From Trichodelitschia bisporula (Eukaryota), in the NCBI GenBank assembly GCA_010356995.1, contig ML996689.1, positions 1,754,691 through 1,818,690 on the forward strand: a stretch of DNA of 64,000 nt, read 5' to 3'. Below, piece after piece: positions 25,578 to 38,277 of this stretch. Numbering within the stretch: the stretch's first letter is position 1; each line of letters opens with the position of its first letter. The position numbers were made by a program, and so were the translations under genes. A model generated the notes under the pieces. The model saw only the letters and a list, made by a program, of their open reading frames with translations, did not search any database and was not told where the DNA came from.

Positions 25578-27405
25578 TCATAGCGTAACCGGAACCTTAT
25601 GCGTCATATACTTGCGAATATTCCCCAGGAACAGCGCACAAATAATCGACACCGCCCCAAACGCAATACTCACAAAATACACATACTTATAACTCGCCGC
25701 ATAAGCCACCTGCCCGGCCAGAATCACATGCTCATACGCCTTCTCATTCGGTACGAGCTTGTGAATGTGATCGATCAAACCCTCCGCCGTAAGTCCAATA
25801 ATCCCGGCAATAACCTTCTTGTCCTTGATCCCCATCTCGACGGCTGCGCGCCCAATTTTCTTGGTCGCTTCGGTCTTGAAGTGCTCGCTGAACACGTTGT
25901 AGTAAATGGAGTACCCGATCGCGCCGCCCAGGACGCGGATTGCGAGGGTCAGGGCTGCAACGGTGGCGATGAGTTCGTCGGGACACACGATGGTGCTGAT
26001 TATGCTGGCGGGGACGACAATGCCGCCAATGCCGAGGCCTGAGATTATGAGGAGGATGTAGGCGAGCCAGACGTTGTCGCGGTTGAGGGCGGCAAATGCA
26101 CCACAGCCTAGAAGGGTTAGCTTGAGTTGGGTGTGAATGGGGGGAAACCTACCGGCGGTCATGAAGCAGCAGCTAACAACCATGAGCGAGCGGATGTGCC
26201 CCCTTGTAATCGAGATAAGCGCAAGGACGATGCACGCGCCGGCCATGATCGGGAACCCAAGGGCCAGGTTGCGGATGCCAACCTGCCAGGGGTCGTGGCC
26301 GTAGACGTTGTAAGACTGGGTTGGCCAAAAGAGCAGGACGCTGAAGAAGTTGCTACCCGAGATGAAGGTGATGATCAGGGTCAGGGTCATTATGCGCGGC
26401 TCCTGAAGGATCGAACCGGGGAACATCGGGTACCGCGCGAACTTCGCCTCGTAGACCACAAAGGCGATGATGAGGATGATACCGAGGACGAGCGGTGCAA
26501 TGACGTGGGCGGAGCCCCAGGAGTACTGATACCCGCCCCACTGGATGGCGGCAAGGAAGAGCAGAAGCCCGGGGATGCTGAGAGCCGCGCCGATATAATC
26601 GACACGCGACAGGATCTCGCGTCGGGTGAGGCCTTGGGGGTTGGCGACGGGCGGCGGGTGATAGAAAACGAAGGTGAGGACGACACCAATGAATGCCCAA
26701 ACACCGCACCACAGTCCAATATACCTCCAGCTGCCGTAGAAGGCGACCAGCTGGGCCCACAGAACCGACGGACAATAGGGGATGATAGTGAAGATCAACG
26801 CCGACACGTAGATACCGCGCTTCCGCCTCGGTGCAAGCTCGGATGTCACCGCAAGCGCAGTAAGCTCATTGATACCAGCACCGGCGCCTGCGATGGCCAT
26901 ACCGGCGATGAAGGTATTCATGCTGTGCGCCGTCGAGGTGACAATGTTGCCAATGATGAGCAGGATGCCACCGCCAATGGCGACCCAGCGGCGCCCGAAG
27001 AGATCAGAAAGCGAGCCGACGAAGGGGCAGACGGCACCCAGCGCGAAGAGGTTGCCCAGGATGAACCATGTCCACCTGTCGGTGCCCCCGATATCGCCGT
27101 AGATGTACGGCGGAATGCCACCGTAGAGATACACCGGGATTTGCGATCCCGTCCAGAGGAAGGCCATGGCGACGAGAGCCATTATCTTCTTGAACGTCAT
27201 CTGCGGCCAGTTAGCGGGAAGACGGATTGCAACAACACCGGACACCAACCTTGTCATCTGTCTCATTGACCGCAGCTTCGGGGTCGGTCTTGACCGGAAA
27301 CTCCTCCGCGTGGTGCGGAGTCCCGACCTTCTCTCCAACATCTTTCTCATGCTCATGCTCATGCTCCGAGTGCGGAGGCGACACAGACTTTTCGGTGGTA
27401 GCCAT
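25578..27405 (-). CDS. MFS 14-TM efflux transporter, fungal trichothecene efflux pump (TRI12-like) family
   Basis: MFS motif A (GSLSDLFGRRW), FLWTGSQIP, SELAPRRKRG and multiple TM helices. Introns 27201-27249 and 26108-26152. Confidence 0.88.
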
Positions 27406-29920
27406 TGCGTGTCCAGGGATCTTTACCGTTCACCAGTGGGCGCGCCCACCGCATTTATACATACCGCACCTCGCGCCACCCACTTCACAACGGCAAGCCA
27501 TCCACAACACAAATCACACGTGCATCCTGACTCTGTCCACCATCGACCGGGAACCGGGCTCGAGGCTGCAGCCTCGTCGACGAGTGATTGGCCGTACGCT
27601 ACGCCGCTCGACCGCACATGGCACCCGGACAGGTAGCATGGCCGGGGCTTTCCCCAGACGCGGCTGCAGTGGCGCTTACTTGGCAGCGCAGGTCGCCAGG
27701 GCGGGCGCGTGCGGGGAAGCAGTTCTTCGACGGCCAAGTTCCGAGGCTCGAATTTAGCGGAGTAATGATGCATGGTCGCTTGCGACCATGCATTGCGCGG
27801 CGGGTGACGGGATAAGGAATCTCACGATGCGCTGCGATGCGAGCGATGCTTTTGTTAGGCATTCGTGCGGGGTAGGGTAGGCAAACGCCTGGTCGAGGTC
27901 ATGGACCCTTGTACTTACGTAGTAGGATCCAAAGAGCCGGCCTCATCCCAGGCAGTGCGCCCAGGCAGTGCGAGTCGCGCAGTTGTTGTCGTCGTTTCAT
28001 GCTCCGGCAACCGGGACGCGAGACGTCGACGATAATATCGCGTGCGCACGGGCAGCGCCCTGCACATATTGCGGATCGTCTGTCGAACATTCCACGAGGA
28101 TGCCGCTTTGGAGTCTGACACCACACGGGGCTTTTGGCTCTAATGCTGCAGCATCGGACGCCACTAAAACGCAGCCGAGGAGATGAGCCGCGAGAAATGC
28201 ATCTCATTGCTCTGATACCCCAGCATCGCAAGCTACTCCGCACCGCAAGCGCGGCGGGGGCGGGTGGCCGGCGGCATCTGACTCGCGAACAACCCAGTGA
28301 GCCGGGAATTGGCGATTGCTTCGGTGGTCTTGGACTTTCGTATAGATATCACTAGAGTCTGATGTTGCTAGGGATTTTGCAAGTAGTCGCTCGCGTGCTG
28401 AATGCGCTTGTCCTTGCGCCTCGGTGTCTTGGTGAGGGGAACCGGTGCCAGTGAGGAGATGAGATAGCTGAGGCGTTTCAGGCGTCGATTCCAAGAGCTC
28501 AACGGTGATGCATTTGGGGGCAAAGGCCACGGCCTCGCAGGATTCGACCGTCAGCCATGATGTGCCGTGTATTGACGGATGTGATTGTCAGGTGCCGCAT
28601 TTGGCCAATGACCGACATGAGGAGAGAGCACCGGGTCGATCCCTCCGCTCGGGTTTGGTCACCGCGGGAACCTTGCTCGCATACTTCGCTTGAGAGAGGC
28701 AACACGCCAGTGAGACGGAATACGATTAGGAGACAGAATGCGGGGACGGGAACGGGATGAAAGGAGAATGCCACTGTTTACTAGAGGTTGTTCACTGTCA
28801 ACCGAGATGCGCATGTCGCTTGATGATGCCATGCTCGACCCGCTCTTCACGGCGGAGCAGGGTCGGGCCGGGGTTTGCAGGCGCACAGGTCCCCATCGTG
28901 CCTATGCGGCTCTTCATGACACGCACCCGGTCCAAAACATTCATCCCTTTGTTTTGGACTGTTGAAGGGGTGGATATCCCGGGACGCATCGCCGCGGCTG
29001 GGAATTCGAGACGACAGGTTGATTCGAGCGACGATGTGCTGCAGGCGGCGCTTTCCGAGGTGAGGGGATGGGAGCCTTCCGAGGGAGCAGTCTGTCAGCG
29101 ATTCAGTCCATCGTATTTATTATTCCTCGGATGAGCCATCAAGCATCAAAAAGACATATAGCTTCAGCTCCCAAGGGAAAGCTTTGATCATATACCTCTC
29201 GTCCAGGCCCACAGTTGCGCCGACGGCGACAAAGTTCAGCCGGACTCGCAAGTACGGCCGTATTCTTTTGCGGCAGTCACTGCGGATTACTGAACTAGGT
29301 TAGAGTGCCATGGATTGTCCTCCAATGAAGCGACTGCGGCGTTCATTGGGTTGGATACAACATCGCATCAGTTGGTGGTAGCAAAGGCTCATTACGTGTA
29401 AAGAAAACTGTTACTGAAGATTGAAGTAGAAGACGAAGAGAGGAAGGGAGTCAGCGAATTTCGAGACTTAAATGCACGATGCCAAGTATCCTCCTTTGCT
29501 CTTTCCTTCTATCATGCTCATATTACATCATATCCCTTAGTCTGCTCCTTCCTGACATAACATCGCTCTTTCCACGTCTACATCATCAGCCGCGACGTTC
29601 TTGCAGAGGCTTGAATATAGGGTAGGAGTATTTTGCTCCATGTGAGCGGCGGTGTATTGTGTTAGTCTACGCTAGCTCCAATTTGCTGCTGGTGTTACGC
29701 CCGATATCATGAACCGAGTCCGTTCAGCTCTATTGATATCACGACGAGCTGGTTGAGTTTAAGCTAGCTCGGTAAAATTGTGCGACGATGAAGTAGCTCG
29801 ACGAAGGACGTGCTCGTTCTGCAAAAGTATTACGATCGATATTCTTGAAATTCGTCACATATCGCTGCTGATGTCATGGCCGGGTATCAGGTCCGAAGAC
29901 ACCTCGATTTGCTCAAACGA

Positions 29921-29999
29921 ATGCTGCCAAAGACAGATCCGCTAATGCTGTCAAAGACAGATCCGCTAATGCTGTCAAAGACAGATCCGCTAATGCTGT
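29921..29999 (+). repeat. 24-bp tandem repeat x3.3
   Basis: ATGCTG(C/T)CAAAGACAGATCCGCTA at 29921, 29945 and 29969, with a partial copy at 29993. Confidence 0.95.
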
Positions 30000-30191
30000 T
30001 TAGGCTTGAGGTTAAGACCGCCCCACCCTACGCATCGCTCCGAGCGCATGTCCCATCTCACCTTCTCAAGAACGAGACACCATCACCTCCATCCACCCAT
30101 AGCTTACAAGAAACCCCTCCCCACAAATGGAAACCCACAAGTAAAGCGTACACCCCTCGCACCGAACTCCAGGCACAACCCTCCGCATGCC

Positions 30192-30964
30192 CTAATGCTG
30201 CGGTCCACCATGCTGCACACCTTGCATATGTCCAAACCCAGGCGGCATTCCCGGCATTCCTGGCATCCCCTGCGGCCCACCCGGCATCCCTTGCGGCGGC
30301 CCACCCTGCGGCGGCGGGAAACCAAACCCTTGTTGGCCCGGCGGGGGCATGCCCGGCATCCCGCCCGGAGGTGGGAAGGGCATTTGTCCGGGCTGGCCTT
30401 GTGGGAACGGCATGCCGCCTGGGGGAGGGAAGGGCATGCCGCCGGGAGGAGGGAAGGGGAGGTTCGGAGGGAGGTTGGGGGGGCGTTCTGTGCGCGTTAG
30501 CTCGCGTGTCCGAGGGGAGGTATGGGAGACTCACGGCCTGCTGGCGGAGGGAACGGCGGCGGTACACCGGGCATTCCGGCTGGGTGACCCGGGAAGGGGA
30601 AGGGCGGTGGGAAGGCTTGCGGCGGCATGTGCATCTGGTTGTGGGCCATCGGGTTCGCGTTGGGGTTCGGCATGCCGGCGTCGGCGTAGGAGGAGGTGAT
30701 GATGTCGATGACGGATTGCGCCTTCTCGTGACCGATCTCTGATTATCGTTAGTTTGATGCGCTACGTGCAGGAGAGCTGCTGGTGTCGTACGTTGGTAGT
30801 AGTCGATCACATTGCGGATGTGATTGCGACCGCCGTTGTGAGCTTTCCGGACACTCCTCCTGCGACCGTATTAGCTTCAATAGGTTCAAACGCGAGTGGA
30901 CCGGGAGCACGCACGAGTTATGACTCAAATAAATATCACAGAAATCGCAGTAGAAGCGAGGCAT
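30192..30964 (-). CDS. YHC1: U1 snRNP protein C (matrin-type zinc finger plus Pro/Gly/Met-rich tail)
   Basis: Spliced product [51 protein letters not shown], then a PPPGGMP-rich tail. Introns 30860-30914, ~30739-30791 and ~30488-30534. Confidence 0.93.
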
Positions 30965-31589
30965 CGTGAACAATTGACTTGCGGTGGCGGGTTATGGATG
31001 GTGATGGTGTTGCCTCCAGACCCCGTATCAAACTTAGAGATGCCAAGCCAGTCATGTGACAGCCCGCGTTCAAGGTTGCTCAAAGGAAAGTCGTAACCGC
31101 AGTGTTAAAGGGGTTTGCGGAAACTGGCGGCCGTAACTTCTTAGTGCGCTTGTTAAGTCCCGTCGCCCTCATCGCGCTTGTGATGACGCGACTGGCTGCC
31201 CTGGCGGTTTACGTTGGATACTGGTCAGAGTCACGAACTGCTGGTCACCACGAACTTGTATCTACGTATCGGTGCTTGATTCTATATTATGCGCGTAAGG
31301 GACTGACGGACGAGTTTAGGAACCACGCTGCGGTCGAGCTGAGGAGCACAGTCCGGATACGATAATGTGCTGTCCGGCATCGATATCTAGCCCGATGGAG
31401 CTCCCCAAGGAGACCTGCACCGTAGATGGAAAAATCCGCCTACTATTGAGTAACACCGGTTAGAATATTGATCTGGAACTCCTAGCGGCAAGTCGCCATT
31501 GCTTCCCACTCGTCATATCAGCCGGCCCAGCCCCTCAGTTGACAAATGGCTCACGGAGTCTCGGGACGGTTGCGTCACTATGAGGTCGT

Positions 31590-31900
31590 GACCTATCCCC
31601 GCGGCGGGAAACACAATATATTCTACCGGGAAAGTTGCTCTACATTCACAGGGTCAGTCTGGACGGCAGCATCAATACAAAAGCACGCTGGGTAGCATGC
31701 CGACATCGTCAAATCCCTGGCCTCGACTTTGATGAGGTCTCAACTTCCGTCGTATCCTACCTCGCCGCCAAAATCCTCTTCACCATCGCCGCTCATGAGG
31801 ATCGTGAGGCCGAGGTTATTGATGATTTCACCGGCTTCATCAATTACTAACTCCAAACGTGCCGCTTCCGCATGCGCCCACTCGCAGGTTTCGAAGCCAG
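31590..31900 (+). mobile_element. Degenerate Ty1/copia LTR-retrotransposon reverse transcriptase fragment
   Basis: DGSINTKARWVACRHRQIPGLDFDEVSTSVV...IAAHEDREAEVIDDFTGFIN resembles the copia RT pattern KARLVA.G..Q..G.D..E...PV...D...AFLN. The frame is truncated by a stop and no LTRs are visible. Confidence 0.8.
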
Positions 31901-32361
31901 TGGGTTGGCGCTTGTGTGAGGGGGATATTTGGAGGGAGTAGTTAATGAAGCCTGTAACAACAGTAATGGCCTCGGCCTCAAGATTTCTGCTAACGTCTCA
32001 ACTGCTTCAGCTCTACTCGTCCCGATGGATAGCGGAGCCAAATTCGAGGACAGCCGATACATATTGACCACGGTATTCAACAGTGGATGAACACATACCC
32101 CAGCTTGGCGTTATGCAGATACCGTAGATACCACTTCCTGAGTACGGTGGACTCCAGTCCAATGGCGATGCATCCGTATATCGGAGAGTCCATGGGAGCA
32201 CCCGGAACCTTGGAGTGTGATGACGAGCTCAAAGCCTTTTGGAATTGACACGAAGTGGACACAAGCACAGCAGCGACGCTGCGTGGAAATAGTATTCGCC
32301 CTACACTAGTATGATGACACCGATCAATTACACTCCCCGGTCAGCTACCAGCCTTCCCCCA

Positions 32362-34181
32362 TCACCATGTCGAGCCCTTGGGATGGCTGGCGTCCGCCGC
32401 TGCCTGCGTGTCCGGAAACTTCCTGTAGCCATCGGCTTCATTGCGCGCAAAATTGTTGTTGTCGACCCGGGGTGCAATGCCCAGCACATCCCGCGACGTC
32501 GACTTGCAGAGCCGGGTCTCCTTGATCTCGAACTCGTCCGCCCCGATACCGGGACTGACCCAGAACAAGTGGTCCGGATCCACCTGCTTCTTGATCGCAT
32601 ATAGCCGGTTGTAGTTTGGACCCCACATGGTCTGTTTGAAGTTTGTCTCCGTGATCAAGCACTAACAAAGTTAGCTGTGCCGCTTCAACTGCGGACACAC
32701 CCACCTCGTTCGAGTAGCATCCCGAGTCGGACGCAAGACGCTTCAAGGCAGTGATGTTAGGATACCCGCCAACGCCCGTCCCGATCAGATGCACATAAGC
32801 CTTGCGCCATGCCGGATGCACCGAGGTGTCATTCCCGCCCTTGAACACCTGCCCACCACCTACAAGGTGCCCGCGCCACATGCCATTGCGCAGATGGAAC
32901 GGGAACGCGTCGTGCAACACGGCCCCTAGCTCCGGGCTCTTCAGGTGCGAGGCGCTCAGCAGCCGGCTGTCCATGCGGTTGATGCCGCGCGGGAACGCGC
33001 CCTCTGGCTCGAAAGGGTCTGTAGGGTCCCGCACCTGCCGCTTGCCGAAGGTGGAGTCGAAGTACGCCTTGAAGGTCGCGAAGTCGCTGTACTGGTGGAT
33101 CACCTTGCCGACGCCGGGGTACATCTCAAGCTTGGCCAGGATCGGTGCCCACATCACACGCGCCTTCTCAATCCCGGCGTCTTCGCCGGTAGTCATGAAG
33201 CTGGCCAGAATGCCCGTCGGGTAGATGTAGTAATATCCCTGCACGCCTTTGGCGTTGAGCTCCGGGAACTGGCTATGCATGTACGCAGCGGGCTCGAAGA
33301 TGGACCGTGTATCGTTGGCGCTCGTCGTCTTGAGCCACCAGCGCTGAATCGTTATCTTAGATGACGGAAACACCTTCATCGTCGCCTCGATCACCACGCC
33401 GAACGTGCCGCCGCCGCCGCCGCGCAGCGCCCAGAAGAGATCTTGGTTGGCGACTGCGTTGGCGACCCGCAGCTTGCCGTCCGCAGTCACGACCTTATAC
33501 TCGACGATGTTGTCGGCCGCGAGCCCGTACTTGCTGCTGAACGGCGCGTGGCCCGCCGTCTGCCCGAAGCCGCCCGCGATCTTGACGTTGTCTGAAGGTT
33601 AGTCGGTCCGCTGTACGTAGGGCGGACTTACTCGTCGCAGCTCCGATCGGAAACAGCCCCGACTTGTCAAGCGCGTCGACCAGCTCCTGCGTCGACACGC
33701 CCGCTCCAAAGGTCACGTAAGCCTGCTTTCCCGGCGCTTGCTTGATGACGTTCGCAGTTTCAACCGGGTCCGCGGAGTAGTTCGCAGGCAGGGCGCCGTC
33801 TGCCGATGGTGTAAATGAGTCCAGCACGCGCACGCCCTTGATATTTCCCACCGCGAGCCACAGCCCGCTGGCAGCGTCATTCCGTCCCAGAAAGTCGTGT
33901 CCGCTGTTGATGATGGCGAGCCGTACGTTATACCGTGTCGCGAAGGCCAGCGCGCTCTGCACATCGGCCGGCGTGTACGCCGTGAAAACGTAATCTGGTC
34001 GTGTCGCATTGCCAAACGGCGGCGGGTTGGCGATCGCGCCCGGCAGTGCGGCCGTCCACACCGACTCAGCTGGCCATGTCGCGTCACCCGGGAGCGCCTT
34101 GCAGCCGGCCGGCGTGGGCGCGTTGGGCACGGCGATGAGCGCGGTGGCGAGCCCTGCGCAGAGGATGGCGGCGAGCTTCAT
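32362..34181 (-). CDS. Secreted FAD-linked oxidoreductase (berberine-bridge-enzyme-like / VAO family)
   Basis: Signal peptide MKLAAILCAGLATALIA. FAD motif NSGHDFLGRN, DLFWALRGGGGGTFGVV and BBE tail WGPNYNRLYAIKKQVDP. Introns 33592-33631 and 32662-32704. Confidence 0.92.
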
Positions 34182-35554
34182 CTTTCTGACGAGTGACGGG
34201 CGCGGGGCGGGCGGGCGACGCAGATATAGACTGGCTTTACCATTTATTCGTTTAATATCGCCGGCTGTCCCGGGCGGCGGGCTGATGACGGCGGGACGAC
34301 CGGACTATGCTAAACTTTGGTCCCTTTCCCGTTTCTCTACGTCACGATGGCAGGTCGGCGATGACCTTTTTCGGAATCGACATTTGTGCCCGACGACCGT
34401 TGGCGTGTCCGGGCCCGGGTGCAGGCAGCCCGCGCGGCTGTCAGTCGGTTCGCGTGGACTGCATCCCCATTCCGTGAGCCTGGCAACCCGCGGCCACGGT
34501 TGGCTGTATCCGATACAGGGGCATAAATCTGAAGCTTGTGCGGGATCAGCCTTGTGCGGCTCATTTATCCAGCCCTGCCCACATCTAGTTCAAACGAACC
34601 CCTCGCTCGCCAAGGCAGCCGTGTGCCGTTGCACATACAGCTCATCGGCTCCGATACAAAGAACCATTGCGTTGCTGTGCTACGCGAGCTGAGGAACTTG
34701 CAGCCTGTGCGGCCGCCATCGGGTTGGTTTCCCCTTACGGCGTGAACTGGGCGTTGTTTTGGGACGGTTCCTGGCGGTGTTTGGGGAAACGGTGTTTCGT
34801 GCCGATGACACGGTTCAGACTGGAGTCTTCGGAGCAACGTCCGGACACCCATAGGAGGTGTCATTCCGGTGCCTTGCGGACTCATCCACTACTTACGGGT
34901 CTTACCACCACGCCGGCGACCACTTTCGACTAGCCGCAGTGCGTCACAACGTCCTATATCAGCGGTTGTGACAGCCATCACATTCCCGGTACGAGCGCAA
35001 TATATGCCGCCGGTCCCGACTTCCGCGGGCATGGCATCCGTGCCCGCCACTGATTCGCCGGAAATTATCGCCTTTGTCCCGGCCGCTGCGAACTGCCTCG
35101 CATCGTTGCATGAGACGCAGACCGCGCAGGCAGTCCACGTTCCTACAACCCGTTCTGCGTACCTCCCCACCCAGACTCTCATCCCAGGCCCACAGCAGCA
35201 ACCGGGTCGCCACGCCCACACGGCATCCCATTGCTCCCCGGCACCGGGGGCGCCAGCGCGCCGGGCCCGCGCTGTGTGCGCTGTTCGATGCGTTTCAGCC
35301 CGCGGGCGTATATTGGATCGACGCCCTTACTCTGGCGATAGACGGGCGCGCTTGATTAGCCCGCGATAGTGGGCGCGCGGTGCGGTGCCGTGCAGCTACC
35401 CGCATTCTTTGCTGGGTCCTGGCTTCATCGGCCACAGGGCGGGGCGGGGGGAAATAAATATACGAGCGGTGGGCATCCTCGTCGTTCTTTTGGTGCTGGA
35501 GGCTATGGGAATGTGACTGTTGCGCTGCCGTCGTTCCGAGAACGCCTTTTTTTG

Positions 35555-36901
35555 ATGGTGATGGGCCGGAGCGCGCTGGTGCTCGCGGTGGCGATTTGTG
35601 CGTTCTGCTTGACGTGGATCGTGGGTGGATTAAGATGCTATGTGCGTGTGGGCATGCTGAGGAGCTTTCGGGCTGATGATGGGATAATGCTGCTTGCAAT
35701 GGTGGGTAATGTGTGGGGTGATACTGGTTGGGCGGGCGTTGACGGGGCAGTTTTTCTACGCGGCGTATCTTGCGTGCCTCGTCGGGCGGGAAATGGGTTC
35801 GGAGCAGGAGGCGCTCAAGGTGCGTCGATGGATTTTTCCGACGATGCGGATGCTGACGCTGGACGCAGTTCATCTTTATCGGCAATTTGCTCTACGTGGT
35901 GGTAGTCTCACTGCTCAAGCTGGCGCTCAGCATGCACATAGCGCGGCTCTGCACGGCGCGATGGCAAATCTGGACGGTGCGTGCCGTCGTTGTCACAACG
36001 GCCGTCTCGGGAACGGCTTTCTTCTTCCTCTCGCTCTTTCGGTGCTGGCCGGTGTCGACGATATGGCGCGGCGAGGGCATGTGCATGAGGCCCGCAGTGT
36101 CGCAGGCCGCGGCGCTTGCGTACGCGGTACTGGGAGCCGTGATGGCGGCCGTGGTGTTAGTGCTGCCGACGGTGTTAATCCGCCACCTGCAGTTGCCGCG
36201 GCCGCTGAGGATATTTCTGACATGCATTATTGCGTGGGGCGCGCTGTAAGTTCCATGATGGGAACATTGGGACCGTGTACTGACAAACAGGAAAGCGCGA
36301 CAACGGCGTCGATTATCCGTGTTCCGCTGGTTGTGGCGCTTTCTAGGGCCGAAGACACGCTGTGTGGGTGCTCTCGTCTCACTTCATCACCATCCGTGCT
36401 AATGAGCTAGCTCTCCCCCTCGCCTTGCTCGGGACTACTGAACTGGCCATCGGTCTCTCCGCGACGAACCTCCCCATGCTCCGACCGCTCCTCCACGCCT
36501 TCTTCGCACGACACTTCAACAACTCCCCTTACCGACATAGCGCATCGCGTGAGAGCCGGGGCAGATTCACACGAAGACCCCGGCCCCGACCGAGTAGCTA
36601 CACGAAGCGCAACGGGTACGCGCTGCAGACGCACTCACTCGAGTTCCTGAAGCTGCGGCCGGACAACGTCGGGTCGTTTGTCGAGATTAGTAGTCCGGCA
36701 TCCGCGTCAGCAGCGGCATCGACGAGGCGCGGTCAGAGTGCGTCGAGGAGTGCGCTGGCCAGCGCAGCGAGTGAGGAAGAGGATGTTGTGCTTCCGTATA
36801 CCGGGGCTGGGATTAGTAAGAGTGTCGTTGTTACGAGGGTTAGTTTTGCAGAGGAGGATTGGCGGAGGAATATGTATCTCGCGGGGGGTTGGATGCCATG
36901 A
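35555..36901 (+). CDS. PTH11-like (fungal rhodopsin-domain) integral membrane protein without CFEM
   Basis: Motifs VGGLRCYVR..FRADDGIM, LLKLALS, LSLFRCWPV..IW and ELAIGLSATNLPMLRPL. Introns ~35702-35750, 35820-35868, 36246-36290 and 36363-36410. Confidence 0.8.
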
Positions 36902-37190
36902 GCTGGCCTTCTGAGCTGGGCTCGTAATTGTAATGGCTGTAATGATCATGATAGTTACGACAAGAGGGGATCGTGCATGAGACCGCAAAGTGAAGTGTTG
37001 CGCAGGATGTCCCAGACATATCAATCAATCCCAACGAGGCTGCGACAAGGCTCGCGGGCAAACAATCTTATCCGATCATCTCGCAGGCGCGTCCGCGCCC
37101 CCTTCACCAATCACCCACCACCGCCCTTGATCCCCCACTCAACCCCACTCGCTAGCCCACCCGCGCAAAACGCACTGCATCACCGCCTTC

Positions 37191-37919
37191 ATGGACGCCG
37201 CCGACCCCCTAGCCACGCCCTTGCACCCGCTCTCCCCCGAAGCCGCGTCTCCCCCCCCAAAGCGCACGAAGCTCATGACGCCGTACGCCGCGTCTGAAGC
37301 CTTTGACGGTGCGTCCTCTCCCCAATTTTCTATTCGCGGCTGCTAACGAGCAATAGATACCGCGACACCGACCCCGCAGACACCTGCTACTGTCCACGCA
37401 ACCCGCACCATGGCCACTAAAACTACGGTCCCGAGCTTGCAGATTCAGTTGCTGAGTGAGAGTGCGAAGGCCCCGACGAGGGGGAGTAAGTTTGCGGCGG
37501 GACTGGATTTGTATGCGGCGGAGGAGACGGTGATTCCGGCAAGGGGGAGGGGGTTTGTTGCGACGGGGATTGCGATTGCGGTGCCCGTGGGGACGTGTGA
37601 GTTGATCCTCAATACACTCTAGGCAGGACGGGGCTGATGATGGGCAGACGGGCGCGTCGCGCCGCGCTCCGGCCTAGCAGCGAAACATGGGATTGACACG
37701 GGCGCGGGAGTCATTGACGCGGATTACCGAGGCGAGGTTAAGGTCATCCTGTTCAATTTCTCGGATGAGGAGTTTGCGGTCAATGTTGGGGATCGCGTGG
37801 CGCAGTTGATTGTGGAAAGGATTGTTACGCCCGAGGTGGAGGTTGTGCAGATGTTGGATCAGACGGTGAGGGGGGCGGGGGGGTTTGGGAGTACGGGGGG
37901 GTTTGGGGTGCAGGTTTAG
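37191..37919 (+). CDS. DUT1: dUTP pyrophosphatase
   Basis: dUTPase motifs [33 protein letters not shown] and [10 protein letters not shown]. Introns 37309-37356 and 37597-37647. A second in-frame ATG sits at 37410. Confidence 0.95.
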
Positions 37920-38277
37920 TAGAGGATTGATGGACTAGGGATGGGATGACTGTTTATGCACTAAAGACGAGATACGGTACGTGGTTATTGAGGCACACAG
38001 CGATATTATCGTGCATCACATCGTGATCGTGTTGTGCCAAGCCAACCCAAGTGTTGACGCGTTGCCCTTGGCAACCACCCGCAAACCCCAACACTACGCG
38101 CATCCCCCTGCCCGAACCATCCCAACTCCAGCAAATTCACCTCACCAAATTCACCACGAACACATTTTGGCCATCCATACGCGCCAACATCTCGACAACC
38201 TGCCTCATAACACCATATGGACCCTTAACCCACCACCACTACCACCACCACCAACGCTACCGCCATCAACATTCGCT

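Noticed and set aside
25578..36901. Secondary-metabolite cluster (TRI12-like pump plus FAD oxidase)
   Set aside because: There is no PKS, NRPS or terpene synthase, and the genes are separated by housekeeping U1-C and long spacers.
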